Of a stretch of 64,000 bases of DNA, positions 63,484 to 64,000 are shown piece after piece. Numbering within the stretch: position 1 is the first letter of the stretch; the number at the start of each line of letters is the position of its first letter. Origin of the DNA: Azolla caroliniana (Eukaryota; Plantae; Polypodiophyta). The stretch covers positions 12,834,001-12,898,000 of the forward strand of contig JBHGNT010000008.1 of assembly GCA_043228905.1 (NCBI GenBank). Direction: 5' to 3'. The translations under genes and the position numbers were made by a program. The notes beneath the pieces are model-generated. The model saw only the letters and a program-made list of their open reading frames with translations. It did not search any database and was not told the origin of the DNA.

Positions 63484-64000
63484 CCGCAGACCTTCGGTTT
63501 GGAGTTCGATGGCCGCATGTAATTTTGCTCCGGAGATCCCATCCACATCAATTTTCTTCGCTATTTCTTCCGGTTCTGGGTGTGGTGGAGCTTCTGCTAC
63601 CTGAATAAACCCTTCCAGGCCATTCATCTACAACCACTCTCTCAATTCTACTGATAGCTCCATTGGTCCCGTGTCTGTGAATTTTCTGTCTCTTAATGAG
63701 ACTCCCTCGTTGATTCTGGGACTTTCTATTTCCATCTTTCTGTCTCTTCTTGTCCACGAGTCACTGCTTCTTTTTCGATTGGCAGGCTCCTTGCCATCCT
63801 TGTACGTCATGGCTATGTATGAAGTTTTGTGGCTAATTATGGGACCATCATGACATTTTTTGTTTTCAATTATTATTTACATATTTACATTCGTGTCCTT
63901 GTGACAAATTTCGGTCGCTTTCCGATCCGATTTGTTTTCCAATGGCTGCCATATTTTGGTTCTTTTCCTCATTAGTCTCCTTGCTATTTTCTACTTCTTT

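Larger units (their letters stand above)
54442..63850 (-). pseudogene. Fragmented long ORF of unknown function (globular N-terminus + coiled coils), probably a retrotransposon accessory ORF; pieces 63489-63850, 56187-57830, 54442-55229
   Basis: Coding-like minus-strand frames continue across the CCGCA and GTTGY TSD junctions, e.g. MPKNRTGFIIATYEGLQVDWSVIM and K/E-rich heptads. Confidence 0.55.

Overview
This is eukaryotic land-plant DNA, probably a seed-free vascular plant such as a fern (inferred from the retrotransposon repertoire and gene structure). About 85% of the window is nested, mostly decayed retrotransposons: a LINE, at least seven Ty1/Copia copies, several Ty3/Gypsy copies (chromovirus, Tat and Athila-like), many solo LTRs and one hAT-type MITE. 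One Copia copy (57831-63483) has an intact 1336-aa ORF. The only host gene is a 19-exon ATAD5/ELG1-like RFC clamp-unloader ATPase (40250-48440, +, about 1154 aa), with a candidate GC-AG intron and a promoter carrying E2F-like sites and a perfect 45-bp palindrome. The most striking unexplained signal is five tRNA-like Pol III A-box/B-box cassettes, each with exactly the canonical 32-nt spacing but a divergent middle. They are embedded antisense inside two different families of TG...CA elements: the LTRs of a coding chromovirus, and a short-TIR family that makes 4-bp NCGC target duplications. All coordinates were read by eye.
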